Shown piece by piece: positions 58,833 through 64,000 of a DNA stretch of 64,000 nucleotides. The DNA is from a plasmid. Numbering within the stretch: the first letter of the stretch is position 1; each line of letters opens with the position of its first letter. Where the stretch lies: sequence record NZ_CP033968.1. One strand, 5' to 3'. Position numbers and translations under genes: made by a program. The notes under the pieces are model-generated. The model saw nothing but the letters and a program-made list of their open reading frames with translations, was not told where the DNA came from and searched no databases.

Positions 58833-59519
58833 ATGAAGCTTTTCATCCAGTCTGTCCTGGTGGCGTCGCTCGCTGCAGGCGCCTCGTCCCTGGCCGCCGC
58901 GGCCGAACCTGCGTCGCTGGCGCTGCGCGTCCAGCATGAGCTGTCGGTCCTCGGCAACGACGGCGTCAAGCGCGACGTCGCCTTCAGCGAGCAGGTCTAC
59001 CGCAGCGGCGACGCCGTGTGGATCGAGCGCGAAATTCCCGCGGCGGTCCAGCACAACCACCATGCCGGCGAGCAGGCGGAAAAGGGACACAAGCACCTCG
59101 ATACCGCCACCGCAGCCCGCTGGATCGCCCGTCAGCCCAACGGCAAACTGCTGGTGCGCCTGGTCAGCGACGAAAAGCGCCGCACGTTCGAAGTGGGGCA
59201 GGGTGACTACGGCAACGTCGGCTTCGACGGATCGTGGCCGGCCGCACGGCATCTGCTCGATCCGGCCCTGCTCAAGACCATGAAGGCCGAGGGCCCGGTG
59301 CGCGATGGCGTGCAGACCTACAGCGCACGGCGCGGCGCCGACCAGCTGACAGTGCAATGGGATGTCGCGAACCAGTATCCGCGGCTGGTGCAGTCGCGCA
59401 GCGTGGACGGCACCCAGAGCAAGACCACGCGGGTCAGCCGCGTTGCGCTGCCCGCCGCGGCACCATGGGAGCGGGCGCGCAAGTACTCGCATGGTGAGTA
59501 CTCGGATTTGCTGGATTGA
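58833..59519 (+). CDS. hypothetical exported protein
   Basis: signal peptide MKLFIQSVLVASLAAGASSLAAA. Confidence 0.45.
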   Translation: MKLFIQSVLVASLAAGASSLAAAAEPASLALRVQHELSVLGNDGVKRDVAFSEQVYRSGDAVWIEREIPAAVQHNHHAGEQAEKGHKHLDTATAARWIARQPNGKLLVRLVSDEKRRTFEVGQGDYGNVGFDGSWPAARHLLDPALLKTMKAEGPVRDGVQTYSARRGADQLTVQWDVANQYPRLVQSRSVDGTQSKTTRVSRVALPAAAPWERARKYSHGEYSDLLD

Positions 59520-60280
59520 TCCTCTGGGATGGGGCTTCAGAGAAGCAACCCATTGCGACGGGAGTCCAGGGCTTTGACATCCCGCTCTACGTCCGTATCC
59601 ACAAGAGCGTCGTGGTTGCATAAGCGTAGAGCTTCGATCCCTTGTGAGAGGCATATTCCAAGGGCTCTCTTTTTTTCTGGAGTGGGCGATCTCTCATTCG
59701 GAGCCTGCGGCACACACAAGTGCAGTCGTCAGATTGCGCCGAAGGATCGACGGCGTGGGTTCACGCTTAGTCCCTGGCAACGCGAATTACGCGAAACGTC
59801 ATCCTCGGATTCGATCGTGGTTGAACGCGTCGTCCGGCGTTCAGTCGCGTTGTGCGGGGCTATATCGAGGGAGTGACGCAGCACCGTCCCCTTCTCGGCG
59901 ATTCACTGGAATCGCCATAGAGCCGGCGGTGTTGCGAAGGAACCGCGCGTTGTGCATGAGCTTGAAGAAAACATTTGCGGGTTAGCTGAAGCATTTGGTA
60001 TGCTCCGCCCCGTCTTCATTCAAGGTTTTTCCCATGGACTGTTGTTCTAGTCGGCGTTACGTCGAAACCTGAACGGCTAGTCAGTCAAGGCGACTCTTCG
60101 CCACTGCCTAGCCGACATGGCGGGCAGTGGTATTCGCGCGGGTTCCCCGCGCGGCCATCTCCCATCTATTTTTGCGACCTTTGTCATCAGGGAAACTGAG
60201 GGCGACTTACGCTCGCGCGTTTCTCACGATGCAGGTCGTGTGTGCCTACATGCGCCGTAGAAGCGCGTGGGGGAGGTCGC

Positions 60281-61714
60281 ATGTCGCTCATTTTTCTGCA
60301 GCATTTTTTTGCATCCCTGCATTTTCTTAGAACCCTCCTTGTCTCGCACGGCGCGTTCGCGCCGATCCTGCTGCTGACCCTCGTAGCCGTAGTCCCTTCG
60401 ACTCGATTGCGGGCACAAGTGTTGGAAAACGCGTCTGGCGCTGCGGTGCCAGACGAGAACACTCCTCTTGAGAATTCGGAACGCTTCGCCTTCCACGGCC
60501 AGACTACCTATGTGTGGCAGCGTAAGCCGGCGTTCGATGCGGCCTATTCTGGCGAAAATAGTCTAAGTCAGCAGCGAGACAAGAGCTATTCGTGGAGCGT
60601 TACGCTGGATCTCGGCGTTCGCCCGTGGCGAGGCGCAGAGTTTCACTTCAATCCCGAGGCCGTTCAAGGCGTACCGTTCTCCGGTCTGCGTGGCCTCGGA
60701 GGGCTTTCCAACGGCGAAGGCGCCAAGTTTTCGAGTACGAGTCCGACCGTGTATCGCGCGCGTGCGTTTTTGCGCCAAGCATGGGGCCTGGGCGGAGGCG
60801 AAGAAGTTGTCGAGGCCAACTTCAATCAGTTTGCCGCCCAGCTCGACAAGCGGCGCTTGGTATTGACTGCCGGGAACGTGCCGGTTCTCGATATCTTCAA
60901 CGCCGTCGAGTACGGTCAAGATCCCCGCACACAGTTTCTGAACTGGTCATTCCTGACGCACGGCTCGTTCGATTATCCGGCCGACGCACGCGGCTACAAC
61001 TGGGGCGTCGCACTCGAATACATCTACGACGACTGGGCGGTACGAGTCGGTCGCTTCCTGTTGCCCGTCGAGTCGAACGGCCTGGCGCTGGACGCTCGTT
61101 TCATGGAGCACTACGGCGACATGATCGAACTAGAAAAGGGCTATCAGTTCGTTGGCCAGCCAGGCAAGGCCCGCCTCTTGTTGTGGCGCAACAAGGCGAA
61201 GACGGGCGCGTTTCGCGATGCCATCGCAATTGGCAGCGCCAATGGTCGCACACCGGACGTCGCCGACGTGCGTCGCGAGCACGCCAAAGTCGGTGTTGGG
61301 CTCAGTTTTGAACAGCAGGTTGGGAAGGATCTTGGCTTGTTCGCCCGTGTCGACTGGGCTGACGACAAGACGGAAACCTATGCCTTTACCGAGATTGGAC
61401 GCAGTTTCTCGGTCGGCGGCATCCTCTCCGGACAGCGCTGGGGGCGCCCACAGGACACTTTGGGTATCGGGGTGGCGGTAAACATGCTTGGCAGCGCTCA
61501 CCGCGCCTACCTTGCCGCCGGTGGCCTCGGTGCGTTTCTCGGCGACGGGGCCTTGAACTACGGTCAGGAGCGCGTTCTGGAAGTGTTTTACAGCTTCCAG
61601 CCTACCAAGCGCTTGTGGATCAGCCCGGACTTCCAATACATCCAGCATCCCGGCTACAACCGCGATCGCGGGCCGGTGACGATCTACGGCGTACGCCTCC
61701 ACGCCGAGTTTTGA
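60281..61714 (+). CDS. OprB-family (carbohydrate-selective) porin
   Basis: signal peptide; beta-barrel-like alternating pattern; C-terminal …YGVRLHAEF; family assignment by pattern. Confidence 0.5.
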   Translation: MSLIFLQHFFASLHFLRTLLVSHGAFAPILLLTLVAVVPSTRLRAQVLENASGAAVPDENTPLENSERFAFHGQTTYVWQRKPAFDAAYSGENSLSQQRDKSYSWSVTLDLGVRPWRGAEFHFNPEAVQGVPFSGLRGLGGLSNGEGAKFSSTSPTVYRARAFLRQAWGLGGGEEVVEANFNQFAAQLDKRRLVLTAGNVPVLDIFNAVEYGQDPRTQFLNWSFLTHGSFDYPADARGYNWGVALEYIYDDWAVRVGRFLLPVESNGLALDARFMEHYGDMIELEKGYQFVGQPGKARLLLWRNKAKTGAFRDAIAIGSANGRTPDVADVRREHAKVGVGLSFEQQVGKDLGLFARVDWADDKTETYAFTEIGRSFSVGGILSGQRWGRPQDTLGIGVAVNMLGSAHRAYLAAGGLGAFLGDGALNYGQERVLEVFYSFQPTKRLWISPDFQYIQHPGYNRDRGPVTIYGVRLHAEF

Positions 61715-61856
61715 GTCGTCGCCGGCGAGCCGCCACTCATTCAGAAACGCAATGTTGGCTCAACCGTGCGCCTTATGGCGCGAATGCGGAGCCTTGGCAT
61801 TCAGATTTGCCGTCCGTGCGTCTGCCGCACCACTAACCGATGATGGAGATTCGGTC

Positions 61857-64000
61857 ATGAACTTCAAACTCCTGAAGACGCTCTTCGGAGCCTTCCTGCG
61901 TACGCGTCGCGTCACGCACCAATTTCGTCGGCTGGCGATGTTCGAATCCCTCGGTGAGGCCGGACCGTCGAGAGCCGTACCGGAGAGCCTGACGCGCGAT
62001 CTGCAGCGCGCTGCCCGTGAGGAAGTTGCCACCGTGTTGGTCCGCCTGCATTCGCATGAAGACGGCCTGACAAGCGCGGAGGCCGAGGAACGCCTCAAGC
62101 GCTTCGGTTCCAACGAGGTGGAGCACGAGAAGCCATTGCCTGCGTGGCGGCATTTGTGGCACTCGTACCGAAATCCCTTCAATCTGCTGCTTACGGTACT
62201 GGCCGCGATCTCCTATGCAACGGAAGATATGAAGGCGGCCATTGTGATCAGCACAATGGTGGTCCTTTCGACGCTGATCCGCTTCGTCCAGGAGCGTCGG
62301 TCGAACCGGGCCGCCGAGGCACTGAAAGCCATGGTCAGCACCACCGCTACGGTGGTGCGGCGGGACATGGCCGCGCAGATTGCCACGACCAGTGCGCAGT
62401 TCTTCAACGTGCATCTGCATACCAAGCCACCAGCCAAGATGGAGGTGCCGTTGAGCAAACTGGTGCCGGGCGAGATTGTCGCCCTGTCAGCAGGTGACAT
62501 GATTCCAGCCGATTGCCGCATCCTGATGGCGAAGGATCTTTTTGTCAGCCAGGCAGCCATGACAGGAGAATCGCTGCCGATTGAGAAGTTTGCCGAACGG
62601 CGTGCGCGCGTGGAAAGCCCTTTGGATCTGAGCAACATTGCCTTCATGGGTACTAACGTAGTTTCCGGCGCAGCGACCGCGGTGGTGCTGGCCACCGGTA
62701 ACCAAACCTACTTCGGGACGATTGCGTCGCGCTTGACGACCTCGGATCGCACGGCTACCGCCTTTCAGGCTGGCGTGAACCAGGTGAGCTGGCTGCTGAT
62801 CCGCTTTGCGCTGGTGATGGTGCCGATTGTGTTGCTCGTCAATGGCTTCACAAAAGGCGACTGGATGGAGGCATTTCTCTTTGCGCTGTCAGTAGCCGTC
62901 GGCCTGACGCCAGAGATGCTGCCGATGATTGTCACCTCCACGTTGGCCAAGGGCGCCGTGTTGCTGTCTAAACGAAAAGTCATTGTGAAGCGGCTCGACG
63001 CTATCCAGAATTTCGGTGCGATGGATGTGCTGTGTACCGACAAGACTGGAACGCTAACGCAGGACAGGATTGTGCTGGAGCGCCATACCGACGTACTGGG
63101 CGCCGTGTCAACCGATGTGCTCAAGTATGCCTACTTGAATAGCTACTTCCAGACCGGGCTGAAGAATCTCCTGGACCGCGCCGTGCTGGAACATGTCGAA
63201 CTGCAAAAGGAATTGCAGCCATTGTCTCACTACCGCAAGGTGGATGAAGTTCCGTTCGATTTTCAGCGCCGCCGCATGTCGGTCGTGGTGGGCGAACGAG
63301 ACGATCATCACGAGTTGATCTGCAAGGGTGCTGTCGAGGAAATCCTGAGTGTCAGCTCGCACGTGCAGGTCAACGGGGCGATCTTGCCGCTTGACGCCGG
63401 GCTGCTGGCACAGGTGCGCAAGGTTACGCATGACCTCAACGAGGAAGGACTGCGCGTAGTGGCGGTAGCTACTAAGGAGACGCCGCCGGCGACCGAAGCC
63501 TATGGCGTAGCTGACGAGCGCGATCTGATCTTGGTCGGCTACATCGCCTTCTTGGACCCGCCCAAGGAGTCGACAGCTCCGGCGTTGCGAGCGCTCCGTC
63601 AACATGGCGTTACCGTCAAAGTACTGACCGGGGACAACGAACTTGTGACCGCCAAGATCTGTCGCGAAGTGGGCCTGGAGGTCAAGGGAGTGCTACTGGG
63701 GCCCGACATCGAACGAATGGGTAGCGCTGAGCTGTCGCGAGCAGTCGACACTCACAATGTATTCGCCCGCCTGTCGCCGTTGCACAAAGAGCGCCTGGTG
63801 CATACGTTGCGAGACAACGGTCATGTCGTTGGCTTTATGGGCGATGGCATCAATGATGCTCCGGCACTGAGGGCCGCTGACATCGGAATTTCGGTAGATA
63901 GTGCGGTGGACATCGCGAAGGAGGCGGCTGATCTGATTCTGCTGGAGAAAAGCCTACTGGTGCTGGAGGAGGGCGTCATCGAGGGGCGGCGAACCTTCTG
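61857..64000 (+). CDS. mgtA: Mg2+-importing P-type ATPase MgtA-like (partial, continues beyond window)
   Basis: DKTGTLT phosphorylation motif, TGES, GDGINDAPAL; not in ORF track because no stop within window; start ±1 nt. Confidence 0.7.
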   Translation, partial: MNFKLLKTLFGAFLRTRRVTHQFRRLAMFESLGEAGPSRAVPESLTRDLQRAAREEVATVLVRLHSHEDGLTSAEAEERLKRFGSNEVEHEKPLPAWRHLWHSYRNPFNLLLTVLAAISYATEDMKAAIVISTMVVLSTLIRFVQERRSNRAAEALKAMVSTTATVVRRDMAAQIATTSAQFFNVHLHTKPPAKMEVPLSKLVPGEIVALSAGDMIPADCRILMAKDLFVSQAAMTGESLPIEKFAERRARVESPLDLSNIAFMGTNVVSGAATAVVLATGNQTYFGTIASRLTTSDRTATAFQAGVNQVSWLLIRFALVMVPIVLLVNGFTKGDWMEAFLFALSVAVGLTPEMLPMIVTSTLAKGAVLLSKRKVIVKRLDAIQNFGAMDVLCTDKTGTLTQDRIVLERHTDVLGAVSTDVLKYAYLNSYFQTGLKNLLDRAVLEHVELQKELQPLSHYRKVDEVPFDFQRRRMSVVVGERDDHHELICKGAVEEILSVSSHVQVNGAILPLDAGLLAQVRKVTHDLNEEGLRVVAVATKETPPATEAYGVADERDLILVGYIAFLDPPKESTAPALRALRQHGVTVKVLTGDNELVTAKICREVGLEVKGVLLGPDIERMGSAELSRAVDTHNVFARLSPLHKERLVHTLRDNGHVVGFMGDGINDAPALRAADIGISVDSAVDIAKEAADLILLEKSLLVLEEGVIEGRRTF

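Noticed and set aside
55941-59654. 1237-aa minus-strand ORF spanning both phoA genes
   Set aside because: Antisense artefact of very GC-rich coding sequence; translation is low-complexity R/A/G-rich, and the plus-strand PhoA paralogs have clear catalytic motifs
1-64000. tRNA genes, CRISPR arrays, integrase
   Set aside because: No T-loop-like GGTTCGAATCC/GGTTCAAATCC sequences in intergenic regions, no short regularly spaced repeats, and no tyrosine/serine recombinase motifs among ORFs; absence cannot be proven without tRNAscan/HMM tools

Overview
High-GC window (Burkholderiales-like; a DUF4148 protein and an OprB-type porin sit in the flank). About 54 kb of it is a conjugative element, either an ICE or a plasmid segment; the last ~8 kb looks chromosomal. 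The element has an F-type/SXT-R27-like mating-pair-formation set: an OmpA-like lipoprotein, TraL, TraE, TraK, TraB, TraV, a pilin, TraC, TrbI, an S26 signal-peptidase TraF/TrhF, a thioredoxin-like TraF/TrbB, TraH and TraG. TraN lies separately at 29.6 kb. No TraW, TraU or TrbC is visible. Also present are a T4CP TraD, a candidate MOBH/HD-domain relaxase translationally coupled to topoisomerase III, a primase, a Rad52-like annealase, and a divergent operon of SLT lytic transglycosylase / small TM protein / GspE-PilB-like ATPase / DsbA. Cargo or accessory genes include an adenosylcobalamin class II ribonucleotide reductase (nrdJ), a Sel1-repeat protein, a RecG-like helicase, a CobT-like VWA protein + CobS-like AAA ATPase + DUF3150-like protein module, an HU protein with an H1-like tail, and a lipoprotein metalloprotease. 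A conserved ~22-nt GGTACGTGTTATG box recurs at the head of at least six transcription units. No integrase, tRNA or CRISPR was recognised. The right flank carries tandem alkaline phosphatases, an OprB porin and a partial MgtA-type P-type ATPase. The ORF track counts TTG/GTG as starts, so several starts were refined to in-frame ATG codons with SD-like sequences; coordinates read directly off sequence lines are ±2 nt.
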